From an uncultured virus (IMG/VR IMGVR_UViG_3300004093_000014) (lineage: Duplodnaviria; Heunggongvirae; Uroviricota; Caudoviricetes): DNA of 64,000 nucleotides. Positions 46,263 through 56,028 of this stretch are shown here, one piece after another. The DNA lies in IMG/VR virus record IMGVR_UViG_3300004093_000014; one strand, written 5' to 3'. Under the pieces are notes generated by a model. That model ran no database searches, was not told where the DNA came from, and saw only the letters and a program-made list of their open reading frames with translations. Position 1 is the first letter of the stretch. Each line of letters starts with the position of its first letter. A program made the position numbers and the translations under genes.

Positions 46263-48663
46263 CTTCGGGCGGCTTCTCCTCCAGTGCCTCGATCTTCCCG
46301 GCCTCGCACAGATTGGCGAGAATGCCGGTCAGCTCACGAGCCTGCAGCCGGTCGTCAACCTTCCGGTACAGTTCGGAGCGCGTCAGTTTCCGACCCTTTG
46401 CCTTGCGGATCAGGGCCAGCACCATCTTGGCATTGGCCTGGTGCTCGTTCTCGGCCATGTGCTGGCGCAAGCCGTCGACAAACGACGCCATGGACCAATC
46501 TACCAGATTGGCGGCGAAGGTGACGTCCTGCGCCTCGATCCGGCAGGCCGGCATGTTCCGCCAGTGCCGCCCGCAGGCCAACACGAGCGCCATGCGCTTC
46601 ACCATCTCGGCCGAGCGGGCATAGACCTCCAGCACGGGATCCTCGTCGGACGCCAGGATCATCTCTCGAGCCCGAGCCCGCGCCTCGATCATCAGTCGCT
46701 CGGCCTCATCGGTCATAGGCACGATGTACGGCGCCGGCGGCCGCTCTGGGTCGTCCGCCATGTTGCCCGGCGCCGGCATGATGCCGCTGTCCTGCCACGT
46801 CCGCAGTGTCTGCAAGGCTTCCACGAAGACCGGCGGCACGACGTCCTCAGGCTGAACGTTCGGGTTCTCCGGCACGCGCACGTGCCGCTGCATGACGAGG
46901 AAGCGGTTGAGGAAGCCGCCCGCCACCTGGGCCGACCGGAGCTGTGTGTAGAAGTTCGTCGGCGTCGTCGCGCCGAAGAAGGTCAGGCTGGGCTGCCGGA
47001 TGCTGGTGTCGCCGCGCGTGGTCACGCCCTCTGGCTCGAACGAGCCGAGGTTCTTGCCCCAGACCGAGCAGTAGTCGTCGAGGAGCGCCATCTCCTGCGC
47101 GGAGGCATTGCGCGACACGAATTTGCGCAGCACCTTGCCGACTTCGTCGATCACTTGGCACTGCACCGGCTGCTCGTTGAGCGACATGCCGAGTTTCGCG
47201 GACGATGAAACCGACGTCTTGATAAGGTGCGAGAGGCCTGCAGCCGCGAACATCTGCTTGACGGCCTCTTGCGGCCGATCCTTGCCGCCCGCCGTTGGGG
47301 CGATGGCCAGCCAGTAGAGCGCGGATCCTGCCCGCGGCACGCCGGTGTAGCACTGCCGCCCGATGACCGTTCCGACGGCAGCAAGCGCGGCGGACACGGC
47401 GAACAGACGGCACGGGAACATGGCGGTCGCCATGATCCAGTCCGCCATCTCACCGATCAAGCCCGGCACCTGCAGGGCGTCGTCGGGGTAGTCTGTCGCG
47501 CCGTCGACCTCGATCCGCGCGGGCACGACGAACTCGCCGGTTTCGGCGTCGATGAGCTCGCCACTCGGAGCCGTCACGACAGGCCGAGCCAGCAGCGCGG
47601 CCGCGATCTCGGCGCCAGTGCCGTCGTCGCCCGGTGCCCAGCCCAGCGTCTCCGGATCTCGCCCAAGCTTGTGACAGAGCCAGAACGCGGCGTCCTTGGC
47701 CGTGCGCTCGAACCCGAACTCAATCACGAGATCGATCGGCGTGCGCGCGCCGAGCCGCGCATCGCCCATGTCGCCGACGCCCCAGTCCCGGATGCCGGTC
47801 GGGGCGATCGACAGATCCTCCTGCAGGTTGCGACCCAGCGCCCGGGACGAGATGCGCCAAGCGCCGGTGCCAGGCTGAAAGCGGGCCGCGGATCCGAAGA
47901 TCTGCGGCACCCACAGCGCCAGGGACGAGAGCGCGGCCGAGTTGACGTCGCGAAAGAACGGAGAGCCAGACGGCGAGGCGACGGGCAGCGCCTCCGTCTG
48001 GGCTGCCGGGACAAGCAGCGTCGTGCCGGCCTGCTGATCTCTCTGCGCGGAGATCTGGGCGTCGAAGGCCGCCACGCGCTCCTTCAGCGCGGCGAGCGTA
48101 GCCGGCGCCGGCATGATCGTGTCCGGCGTGCCGGGAACGTGCCAGCCGGTGATGGTGAGGTAGCGCTGGCGTGGATAGATCTCCACGCTGGCCGGGTCGC
48201 GCTTGATGGCGGCTTCGATCTTGCCCTCGCCAATGAGGCGCAGGCCCGTCTCCGACGGCGACACCTCGCAGTACGTCTCGGCGAGGTCGATGATCTCCTG
48301 AGCCCAAGGCTCGACCTCGCCGGTGTCCGGGTTGCGGCAGTCGTCGAGATCGTAGCCAGTCAGGTCGTCGTCGTCGGACAGGACGTAGCCGACGCCGTCC
48401 ATGCGCGAGCGCGAGGCGCGCGCCACGGCCTCGTCGTAGGAGCCCCAGTGGCGCGGATTGCTGTGGCTCGCCGGCAGCCCGTTGGCGGGCTGGTAGAGCG
48501 GTTTGGTCGGCTTCTGGTCGCCGGCCCGATGGACGTAGCGCCAGCACACCCACTGCCGCCGCGACTTCAGCCGCTGGATCGCGGGCACGTCCGGCAGATC
48601 GGCATAGGTGCAGGGCCGCGCGACGGCGGCCGGGTCGAAGGGGAAGCCCAGGGCGGCCATCAC
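46219..48663 (-). CDS. Primase-polymerase (AEP) fused to DUF3987-like helicase domain
   Basis: QWVCW..KPTKPL, GYDLDDC, EVSPSETGLR; APTAGGKD, IDEVG, GGFLNRF. Confidence 0.85.
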   Translation of the reverse strand: MMAALGFPFDPAAVARPCTYADLPDVPAIQRLKSRRQWVCWRYVHRAGDQKPTKPLYQPANGLPASHSNPRHWGSYDEAVARASRSRMDGVGYVLSDDDDLTGYDLDDCRNPDTGEVEPWAQEIIDLAETYCEVSPSETGLRLIGEGKIEAAIKRDPASVEIYPRQRYLTITGWHVPGTPDTIMPAPATLAALKERVAAFDAQISAQRDQQAGTTLLVPAAQTEALPVASPSGSPFFRDVNSAALSSLALWVPQIFGSAARFQPGTGAWRISSRALGRNLQEDLSIAPTGIRDWGVGDMGDARLGARTPIDLVIEFGFERTAKDAAFWLCHKLGRDPETLGWAPGDDGTGAEIAAALLARPVVTAPSGELIDAETGEFVVPARIEVDGATDYPDDALQVPGLIGEMADWIMATAMFPCRLFAVSAALAAVGTVIGRQCYTGVPRAGSALYWLAIAPTAGGKDRPQEAVKQMFAAAGLSHLIKTSVSSSAKLGMSLNEQPVQCQVIDEVGKVLRKFVSRNASAQEMALLDDYCSVWGKNLGSFEPEGVTTRGDTSIRQPSLTFFGATTPTNFYTQLRSAQVAGGFLNRFLVMQRHVRVPENPNVQPEDVVPPVFVEALQTLRTWQDSGIMPAPGNMADDPERPPAPYIVPMTDEAERLMIEARARAREMILASDEDPVLEVYARSAEMVKRMALVLACGRHWRNMPACRIEAQDVTFAANLVDWSMASFVDGLRQHMAENEHQANAKMVLALIRKAKGRKLTRSELYRKVDDRLQARELTGILANLCEAGKIEALEEKPPEGAKGGRPKTIYVLR

Positions 48664-49049
48664 GCGGCCTCGCTGGCTTCGAACTCCTCGCCAGGCGACG
48701 GTGCCGCGGGCGGGATCGGTTCACCGACCTCCGCGCGGATGCCCTCGCCGAAATCCTCAATGATGAGGCGACAGACGTGCTGCCACTCCTGCGGATGTAG
48801 GTCGGCCAGATCGGTCCGCCCCAAGCTGTCCAGATAGGCTCCTGCCCTACCCTCGGCCGCGCGGCGCAAGGCGCCGGCCTCGTACCTGTCGAACTCGCGC
48901 ACTGGCATGCGGATGGTCCTTGTTCCATAGCCGCCATCGGCGCACTGCTGGCACAGCCATCCGATGCGGTTGCCTTTCATGACCCCGAGGCCGTCCGCCC
49001 GCCGGCGGCAGACGAAGCAGCTCTCGGGATTGTCGAGATGCTGGGTCAC
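48660..49049 (-). CDS. Zn-finger hypothetical protein (DUF6511-like)
   Basis: CFVCRR...CQQC, GAYLDSLGRTDLADL. Confidence 0.65.
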   Translation of the reverse strand: MTQHLDNPESCFVCRRRADGLGVMKGNRIGWLCQQCADGGYGTRTIRMPVREFDRYEAGALRRAAEGRAGAYLDSLGRTDLADLHPQEWQHVCRLIIEDFGEGIRAEVGEPIPPAAPSPGEEFEASEAA

Positions 49050-50683
49050 GCCGCTTCGGCCGGGATCATGGCGCGCGGGGACCACTGGCCGTCAGCCGCG
49101 AAGCGGTAGCCGACGACCTCCCAGAACTTGCCGTTCTGGCGGACCTGGATCTGATCAGGCCACACGAGGTTCCCGGCTCTGGCAAGCCCCTCCCCGACCG
49201 TGCCCGGCACATCCCCGCCGCCCAGGCGGCGCCACCACTCGGCAGCCTTCCGGCGAGCCGTGCCCTGATGCTCAAGGCAGACCCAGACGCGGTGCGTGGC
49301 GATCCCGCAGTGAAACTCGGCGCGCAGACTGTCGGGCGAGCCGGTCTTCTGATGCCGCGCGAACGACATGCCCCGCACGTCGAGCCACGGCGGGCCGTCG
49401 GTCGACAGGATGGCGTGCGTGGCGTCCGCCTGAGCCTCGTGCTTGGGCGCTTCATCCCGCACCCATTCGTGGCCGCAAGTGATGCAGTGCCGGACGTTCA
49501 AGGCGTTCAGCGTCTGACATGACGGGCACTCCTTCGCCCGCACATCCTCCTCGCTATCCTTCTTCTTCGCCTTCGGCGCTCCGCGCGCGGTGATGGCGTC
49601 GATAGGGCCGTGCGTCTTCACCAAGCCGGCGTAGTCGAGGATCAGTGCATCCGACTTGCCCGAAGCTTTGCGGAGGGCGCGGCCGACTTGCTGAACATAG
49701 AGGCCGGCTGACTGAGTGGGCCGAAGTAACCCGACAAGGTCGACGTGCGGGACGTTGAAGCCGGTCGCAAGCACCCCCACGCTGGTCAGGCAACGAATGC
49801 GGCCTGCTCGGAAAGCGGCGATGATCCTATCGCGCTCGCCGGACGGAGTGTCGCCCGACACCGCCTCACAGGTGATCCCGTGCGAGCGGATGGCGTCCCG
49901 GACCGCATCGGCGTGCTTCACGCCAGCGCAGAATGCCAGCCATGCCCGCCGGTCCGCGCCGAACGACACCATCTCGGCCACGGCGGCCTGTGTGATGTCA
50001 TCGTGATTGACCGCGGCCTCAAGCTGACCTGGGATGTAGTCCCCGCCGCGCTTGCCGACGCCGCTCAGATCGAAGCCTGTCTGCGTGGCCTTGCTTACCA
50101 GCGGCGAGAGGTAGCCTTGTTGGATGAGATCTCCGACGTTGGCCTCGTAGACGATGCCCTCAAAAATACGGCCATCGCCTTCGTCGAGCCGCCCGCTGTC
50201 CAGTCGATAGGGCGTCGCGGTCAGTCCAACTACCCGCATATCCGGTGTCAGATCCCGGAGATCCGAGAGAAAACGTCCGTAGGAGGTCTCGGCAGACCGC
50301 GGAATGAGGTGCGCCTCGTCAACAATCACGAGGTCGAAGCTGCCGAGACGCGATACCTTATTCCAGACGCTCTGGATGGATGCCACCACGATGCGCTGGC
50401 GCGTGTCCCGACGTCCGAGCCCCGCGGAATAGATGCCGACGGGCGCGCCCGGCCAGAAGCCAAGCAGTTCCTTCGCGTCCTGGCTGACCAACTCGCGGCT
50501 ATGCGTGACGATGCAAATCCGCATGTCAGACCAGTCGCGCAGCAGCTCACTCGCCAGCGCGGCAATGACCAGGGCTTTTCCCGCCCCGGTGGGCAGAACG
50601 ATCAGTCCGTTCCCGCCACCGCCCGCCCAGAAGATGCGGAGTGCGTCGAGGCTTTCCCGCTGATAGTCACGAAGCGAGAGCAT
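49046..50683 (-). CDS. SF2 DEAH helicase (RadD/UvsW-like) with Zn finger
   Basis: LRDYQ, PTGAGK, DEAH, TATP, QQVGRALR, CPSC..CITC. Confidence 0.92.
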   Translation of the reverse strand: MLSLRDYQRESLDALRIFWAGGGGNGLIVLPTGAGKALVIAALASELLRDWSDMRICIVTHSRELVSQDAKELLGFWPGAPVGIYSAGLGRRDTRQRIVVASIQSVWNKVSRLGSFDLVIVDEAHLIPRSAETSYGRFLSDLRDLTPDMRVVGLTATPYRLDSGRLDEGDGRIFEGIVYEANVGDLIQQGYLSPLVSKATQTGFDLSGVGKRGGDYIPGQLEAAVNHDDITQAAVAEMVSFGADRRAWLAFCAGVKHADAVRDAIRSHGITCEAVSGDTPSGERDRIIAAFRAGRIRCLTSVGVLATGFNVPHVDLVGLLRPTQSAGLYVQQVGRALRKASGKSDALILDYAGLVKTHGPIDAITARGAPKAKKKDSEEDVRAKECPSCQTLNALNVRHCITCGHEWVRDEAPKHEAQADATHAILSTDGPPWLDVRGMSFARHQKTGSPDSLRAEFHCGIATHRVWVCLEHQGTARRKAAEWWRRLGGGDVPGTVGEGLARAGNLVWPDQIQVRQNGKFWEVVGYRFAADGQWSPRAMIPAEAA

Positions 50684-51326
50684 GCTTGCGCCCTCCCCGA
50701 GTGAAGGTGGCGAGCGCCGAGGCGAGTTGATCGATCTGCTCGCGCGGATCGGCATCGCGAGCTGCGATGACTGCTTCCACCGCCGTCAGCAGTGGCGCCA
50801 CGTCTGCGTGTTTGATCTTCGGGCGCTGGTTGAGCGTCTGCTCGCGCGGCGTAGCCCACCGGCAGTTGCTCGGCTCGTAGTTCCCCTGCGGGTCCTTCCG
50901 ATCGAGCGTCATATTCGCGGGGCGCTCGCCCATATCGGTGAGGAAGTTGCTAAACTCGGCCCAGCGCTCGCAGATGGTGATGCCTCGCCCGCCATAGTCA
51001 GCATACTGCTTGTGACTCGGACGCTCACACCGATTGCGCATCGCGCACCAAGATCCATAGGTGGAGCTGGCGAAGCCCACCCGCGTGTGACCGTGCTTGT
51101 GGCGGTGTTTCTGACGGAACGTCTCTGTCGCGCAGCCGCAGGATTTCGACTTGCCGGCGACGAGAGCTTCAGCAGGCACGACCTTTTCGCTGCCGCAGTC
51201 GCAGGCGCACAGCCATCGCGCGCCACGTTTTGCGGTGCTTCCGGCGATCTGAACGGCGACAAGCAGGCCGAACCGCTTGCCCGTGTGGTCGGCGCAACGA
51301 CCGAGCGTAGGGGCTGGCATCAGCAT
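50667..51326 (-). CDS. HNH-type homing endonuclease-like protein
   Basis: GKRFGLL, WLCACDCG, SCGC, YGGRGITICERW, TLDRKDPQGNYEPSNCRWAT. Confidence 0.8.
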   Translation of the reverse strand: MLMPAPTLGRCADHTGKRFGLLVAVQIAGSTAKRGARWLCACDCGSEKVVPAEALVAGKSKSCGCATETFRQKHRHKHGHTRVGFASSTYGSWCAMRNRCERPSHKQYADYGGRGITICERWAEFSNFLTDMGERPANMTLDRKDPQGNYEPSNCRWATPREQTLNQRPKIKHADVAPLLTAVEAVIAARDADPREQIDQLASALATFTRGGRKHALAS

Positions 51327-52288
51327 GGCTCGAACGCCCTCCCTTGGTCACCATCGACCCACGTCGAGCCGTCGTTCATCCGGTAGGTGACGGTCGCTGT
51401 CTCAGGGTCGCAATCAATCTGCTCCCCAGGCACGCACCCGGGCACGAAACGATGGTCGCCGCAGCCGGCTTGTTGGTCGGCGTAGCTCAGGAATTTGTCG
51501 TGATACTCGCAGAGCCACCGCGGGCCATCGAGGGGCGTCGCGTGCATGCACGAGCGGCACGTCGTCCGCGGGAACTCGCCTTCATGACAGATGGCGAGAG
51601 ACGGGCAGAACCGGCAGGAAAAGGCCGCCTTGCTGGTCGGGTCATCGAACAGCCGCTCCGGCGGTTGCGGGGAGGCGACGATCCGCTCAATCCGTGCGAC
51701 GAGGGCCAAGCAAAAGGCCGGATCGTACTCGACGCGCTCAAAATATAGCTCGTCATCGTTCTTGCAGGCGGCCGCATAGAGGCCACGCCGCAGACCGGTG
51801 CCGTGGAGGTAGAGTTGAAGCTGGGCGAAGTGATCTGGCTTCGCCTCACGCACGGAGCCGGCCTTCACGAGCGCCTTGAAGACCTTCTCGTTCATGCTCT
51901 TAGCCTCGACGACGTGCTCGGTCGTAGGCGCCTCAGGCAATCCCAGGACACGGCCATCGACCTTGCCGCGGATGTGGCCGCCAGCGAGTTCGACGCGGAG
52001 CTGAGAGCCAGTCGCCTCGTCGATCTCGCGCACGTCGCAGCCGATCATGCGGAGCATGTCGAGGATCCGACGCTCATAGACGTTGCCGGTCTCGAAGATG
52101 CGCTCGCGCTTGGCGGTCGGCGCCTCCGGCGGCGCGCACCAGCGGTATGCATACCAGAGCTTACGCGCGCATTCCTCGGCGACACCGGACATGGGCACGC
52201 CCATGCTGTCGCCGGTCCGCGCGCCCTTGACGTAGGCGGCGTCGATCGCCGCGACGGTGTGGGAGATGGGTTGCGGGAGCGCGGCCAT
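51320..52288 (-). CDS. Cas4-like PD-(D/E)XK exonuclease
   Basis: CARKLWY, GKVDG, VEAKS, QLQLY, CRFCP..C Fe-S Cys pattern. Confidence 0.85.
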   Translation of the reverse strand: MAALPQPISHTVAAIDAAYVKGARTGDSMGVPMSGVAEECARKLWYAYRWCAPPEAPTAKRERIFETGNVYERRILDMLRMIGCDVREIDEATGSQLRVELAGGHIRGKVDGRVLGLPEAPTTEHVVEAKSMNEKVFKALVKAGSVREAKPDHFAQLQLYLHGTGLRRGLYAAACKNDDELYFERVEYDPAFCLALVARIERIVASPQPPERLFDDPTSKAAFSCRFCPSLAICHEGEFPRTTCRSCMHATPLDGPRWLCEYHDKFLSYADQQAGCGDHRFVPGCVPGEQIDCDPETATVTYRMNDGSTWVDGDQGRAFEPC

Positions 52289-52415
52289 CAGGCGGCTCCC
52301 TTGTCAGGCAAAGGGATAGCGGTCATCGAACACGGGCTCCGTGCGATGTGAAATCGGATGGGGCGGAAGGGCGGCCGGTACGATCTTGGCGGAGAGGACC
52401 GGCCGCCCGGCTTAG

Positions 52416-52865
52416 CTACAAATGGCTGAGTACGATGCCGTGTGTCTCTTCCAATTCCCGGAGAACGGCGCGCCTCACCCCCTTAATCAAGGGGTTGTCT
52501 TTTCCCATTCGCGCCGAACAATACGAAAGGAAGCCGGGGGCATTCATGTTTTCTTTTTGTGTGCCCCACGCCAAATTATCCGCCTTGTTAACCGAAGAGT
52601 CCTCATTGAGATGCATAACGACTGCTCCGTCGAAAGGGCTCGCGCCGTGAAAAGCCTCGCAGATCAAGCGATGGACCTTGTGGGTACGATTTCGATATCT
52701 CAGCAGGAAACGGGTGCCATCCCACTGCCCCCGCACCGGCACGCCGCCGCGGGCAACAGTTCCGCCGTGAGGCATCTTAACGAGGTGTGGAACCCTCATC
52801 AGACGCCCCTCGGAAGAGGCTAGGTACTCAGGGACAGACGGGATCGGACGCCACGTCTCAGTCAT
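52416..52865 (-). CDS. NUMOD4-HNH endonuclease
   Basis: ETWRPI..YLASSEGR; VHRLICEAFHG, VMHLN..NKADNLAWGT..N. Confidence 0.85.
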   Translation of the reverse strand: MTETWRPIPSVPEYLASSEGRLMRVPHLVKMPHGGTVARGGVPVRGQWDGTRFLLRYRNRTHKVHRLICEAFHGASPFDGAVVMHLNEDSSVNKADNLAWGTQKENMNAPGFLSYCSARMGKDNPLIKGVRRAVLRELEETHGIVLSHL

Positions 52866-52874
52866 GGCGTCACC

Positions 52875-53429
52875 TCAAAATGGAATGTTGTCGTCGGTCG
52901 CCGCGGGCTGGTTGCGGTTAGCCCAGGGCCGCGACGGCGCCGCTGCGGCCGGACGGGCGGCCTGCGGAGCCGGACGCGCCGCGGGCTGGGCCGGAGCCTT
53001 GCCGACGGGCGGCTGACCGCCGCGAGCCTTGTAGCGCTTCACCCCGTTGCGAGCATCGTAGGTGCGGTCGCCGACCGTGCGCTCGGGCTCGATCTTGATG
53101 GCGGCGACGAACGGCTTGAAGTGCAGTTCCTCGCTGTCGGCGATCGCCCCGGCGCCGCAGGCGGCGCAGAGATCCGCGAGCGTGCGGTGCGCGATGGATT
53201 GCGCGGTCGCGTTGCTGTTGCGGATGTTGAGGTTGTCCCAGATCTTCCGGTTGGCGTAGGGGCCGTCGATCACCTCCAGGGTGAGCTTCAGCATCTCGCC
53301 GCCGGTGCGGGTCTCGACGATCTCGCTCTCGGTGATCTGGCAGTTGTAGTCGCCCTGCGGGATCGGCTCGAAGGAGCGCTCGTCCTGCGGGACATCGTTC
53401 GGGTTGAAGGTGGTGCCGAGGCTGGCCAT
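52875..53429 (-). CDS. ssDNA-binding protein (DUF669-like)
   Basis: FEPIPQGDY, GPYANRKIWDNLN, DDNIPF C-terminus. Confidence 0.85.
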   Translation of the reverse strand: MASLGTTFNPNDVPQDERSFEPIPQGDYNCQITESEIVETRTGGEMLKLTLEVIDGPYANRKIWDNLNIRNSNATAQSIAHRTLADLCAACGAGAIADSEELHFKPFVAAIKIEPERTVGDRTYDARNGVKRYKARGGQPPVGKAPAQPAARPAPQAARPAAAAPSRPWANRNQPAATDDNIPF

Positions 53430-53435
53430 GGTCGG

Positions 53436-54236
53436 TTACTCCGCTGCGATGCGAGCGGCCGCGGCCGCGCTGTGGGGGAAGTGGGCGGCAAGGGCGTCGT
53501 AGCCCCGGCCGGGCTCGTAGAGGGTCTTCTCGGGGAGGCCGTAGCGGTTGCCGGCGGCGTAGGCCGGGCGGCTGGTCGCGTGCATCCAGACGGAACGGCC
53601 ACCGTCGGCGCGGGCGCGGGTCTTGTTGAAGCCGCTGTCCTCGGTCTTGATCGTGACGTCGGGCTTCAGCAGCAGGACGACGTCGACCTCGCGCTTGAGG
53701 AAGTCGCGCGCCTTGTCGTGCAGATCGATGTCGTAGCGGGAGTAGCCGACCGTCTCCGGGTCGTCGAAGCGCTCGATCTTGGAATGCGCGATCAAGATGA
53801 TCGTCATGCCCTTGTCGCGGCGCAGGGCGTTAAGCCCGTCGAGCACTTCCTGCCAGACGCCGAGGGCGTAGACGTAGCCCTTGCCGTAGCCGAAGTCCTC
53901 GATCCGCTTCTTCTTGTTGCCCTTGTCGTCGCCGCGCTCGCCGGTCTCGGCCCAGATCAGCGGCTGCAAAGCAGTGACGCTGTCGAGCACGACGGTCTGG
54001 AAGTCGTGGTCACGCTCGTAGAGCATGCCGATCGCTTCCATGAGGTCGCCGAAGCTCTCGATCTTGCCCATGCTGGCCAGATCCAGAATGCCGTCGCCCT
54101 CTTCGGTCTGAAGGAAGACCGGGTTGACGAACTCGGAGGCCAGCGTGGTCTTGCCGGCTTTCTCGGGGCCGTAGAGCAGGATGGCCGGCGGCCTGGGCCG
54201 CTTCTTCTGTGTGAGGGTATCCCAAGAGACTGCCAT
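53436..54236 (-). CDS. Sak4-like (AAA_24) recombination ATPase
   Basis: YGPEKAGKTT, VVLDSV, GYGKGY, LIAHS, AGNRYGLP. Confidence 0.85.
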   Translation of the reverse strand: MAVSWDTLTQKKRPRPPAILLYGPEKAGKTTLASEFVNPVFLQTEEGDGILDLASMGKIESFGDLMEAIGMLYERDHDFQTVVLDSVTALQPLIWAETGERGDDKGNKKKRIEDFGYGKGYVYALGVWQEVLDGLNALRRDKGMTIILIAHSKIERFDDPETVGYSRYDIDLHDKARDFLKREVDVVLLLKPDVTIKTEDSGFNKTRARADGGRSVWMHATSRPAYAAGNRYGLPEKTLYEPGRGYDALAAHFPHSAAAAARIAAE

Positions 54237-54237
54237 C

Positions 54238-54780
54238 TTAAGCTCCCCGATTGCTGCCGGCGAAGGCGCCGTAGTGTTGGACCTCTGCCGCGCGACGCGC
54301 AGCAGCCGCTTCTTCAGCCGCAGCGAACAGGCCGAGATGGAGCTTCTTCCCCGCCACCCTGATCTGGGCGGCGTACTTCTGCTTCTGTGCGTTGAAATGC
54401 ACGCCCGCAAAGCCGCTGCGATTGGCTTTGCTGATCGACCGATTTTGCTGATTGGAGAGCGCGTTGGCCTCCCGCAGGTTGTCGATCCGGTTGTCGGTTG
54501 CGTCACCGTTGCGGTGGTCGATCAGCGCCGGCGGCTCGACCCCGTAATGCATCTTCCAAGCGATACGGTGCGCCAGCATACGACGACCGGCGACGCTGAC
54601 CGCAATGCTTCGATACCCATCAGGCGCCGTGTAGACGGTGCCAGCCTGGTCACCGACCTTGAAGTTCCGACCAATCGCTTGCGCGTAGGTCAGCGCGCCA
54701 GTGGCGGGGTCGTATTGGAAGCGCTGTCGTAGCTCTTCCAGTGGCGGCAGCAGCTTTGCCGCCGATGAACACGTTGCCAT
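54238..54780 (-). CDS. HNH-AP2 endonuclease
   Basis: YDPATG, AHRIAW, IDHRNG..DNRIDNLR, SGFAGV...LGLF AP2 domain. Confidence 0.88.
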   Translation of the reverse strand: MATCSSAAKLLPPLEELRQRFQYDPATGALTYAQAIGRNFKVGDQAGTVYTAPDGYRSIAVSVAGRRMLAHRIAWKMHYGVEPPALIDHRNGDATDNRIDNLREANALSNQQNRSISKANRSGFAGVHFNAQKQKYAAQIRVAGKKLHLGLFAAAEEAAAARRAAEVQHYGAFAGSNRGA

Positions 54781-54795
54781 TCTACTTCTCCTTTT

Positions 54796-54899
54796 CAGTC
54801 GCCACTGTCACCGCCGAAAGGCGGGCCCGGGGGCACCCGAGAGCAAGACAGGAATGGCGACTGTGACCGCCCGTCGGCGGTGCTTCGGGTGCCCCTCGG
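54796..54899. ncRNA. Candidate structured RNA/pseudoknot between rusA and the HNH-AP2 gene
   Basis: Two long crossing helices and two short hairpins (see findings). Confidence 0.5.
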
Positions 54900-54905
54900 C
54901 ATTCG

Positions 54906-55370
54906 TTAGGCGTCCAGCTCGGAGGGGAGCGCGGCGGCGCCCCCCTCTTTGCCGGCGCATCCCGACCGCGCCGCGGCTCGGGAACTGGTACGGGGCCGAG
55001 CGATCGGCTCCACGAAACGGGTCTGCATCAGGCGGACGAAGACGCCTTCGACGTCGGTCGACCAAGAGGCGTCGATCCGCTGGCAGTGGTGGTCATCCTC
55101 GACCGCGCCGGCCAGCACGAGCACGTCGCCCACGGGCTTCAGCGTGTTGTCGAGGTCGCGACGCCGCCGGTCGGGCCGGCCAACCATGACGGTCATGGCG
55201 TAGGGGCCGTCCAAGCGGCCGCCACCGGTCGCGCGCCGGATGATGAGGCTGCACTGGACGCGCCAGGCCTCGTACTCGCGGGAGCGGAGCACCTTCCGAC
55301 CGACATGCCGCCACATCGCGTTGGCGGACGGCGGGTACGGCAGGGTGACGGCGACCATGGGGAGGGTCAT
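54906..55370 (-). CDS. rusA: RusA Holliday-junction resolvase
   Basis: LPYPPSANAMWR, RRRDLDNTLK..D.L...EDD. Confidence 0.9.
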   Translation of the reverse strand: MTLPMVAVTLPYPPSANAMWRHVGRKVLRSREYEAWRVQCSLIIRRATGGGRLDGPYAMTVMVGRPDRRRRDLDNTLKPVGDVLVLAGAVEDDHHCQRIDASWSTDVEGVFVRLMQTRFVEPIARPRTSSRAAARSGCAGKEGGAAALPSELDA

Positions 55371-55376
55371 GGCTCG

Positions 55377-55802
55377 TCACGCTCCTCTTTGATCGACTGG
55401 AGCCAGAGCGCGCCGCGTAGCTGCCTGAGCGATCCCGATTTGATCAGCCGCTTCGCCATAGCCTCGCGCCTGGAGGGCGACAGCCACTTCGCCGAGAGCG
55501 TCCACCAGCGCCGCCAGTGTCTGATCGTCGACGGCGTCACGCCGTTGCGCAGCGCGATCTGCTCGACGCTTGGCAATGGCACGTCCGGCCGCAAGCTCGT
55601 CGGCTCGGACGGCGCAGCGCGCGTCGCCGTAGTAGAGGTCTCTCGTTCGGCTGAAGCCGAGTTTGAGTTCACGGGCGGCACGATTGATCCTTTCCTTGAT
55701 CGACCCGCTGTCGCCCGCGATGGTGCGGACGTAGCCCTGCATTTCTGCGAGTGGTGAGAGGCTGATCGCGCTCACGCGACGCTCCGACGACTTTTCCCGC
55801 AT
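55377..55802 (-). CDS. Phage regulatory-type hypothetical protein
   Basis: SIKERINRAARELKLGFSRTRDLYYGDAR. Confidence 0.55.
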   Translation of the reverse strand: MREKSSERRVSAISLSPLAEMQGYVRTIAGDSGSIKERINRAARELKLGFSRTRDLYYGDARCAVRADELAAGRAIAKRRADRAAQRRDAVDDQTLAALVDALGEVAVALQARGYGEAADQIGIAQAATRRALAPVDQRGA

Positions 55803-56028
55803 TTCCGACGCGCCCTGATGTTCATTGCGAACATCGGACGCGGGGAGCCGGCGGCATGCGAAAGGAGAGGCGGGAAGGTACGCAACACACGATGATCGCG
55901 AACGCCGGAGCCTGGCAGCACAGGGCGGACGCGAAGATTGAGAGCAGCCCCAGCGGATCCCCTGGCAGGGATCACGCGGGGTGCCTCGGCCTCGACGCAA
56001 GACAACACGAGGCGAGCTGGTGATGGAG

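Noticed and set aside
51320..52288. Cas4-like nuclease as evidence of CRISPR-Cas
   Set aside because: No repeat-spacer array or other cas genes seen; context is a phage Sak4/SSB recombination module
54796..54899. Canonical HDV-like ribozyme
   Set aside because: P1/P2 crossing is reminiscent, but no proper 3-bp P3 with an 8-nt L3 could be drawn; kept only as a generic structured element
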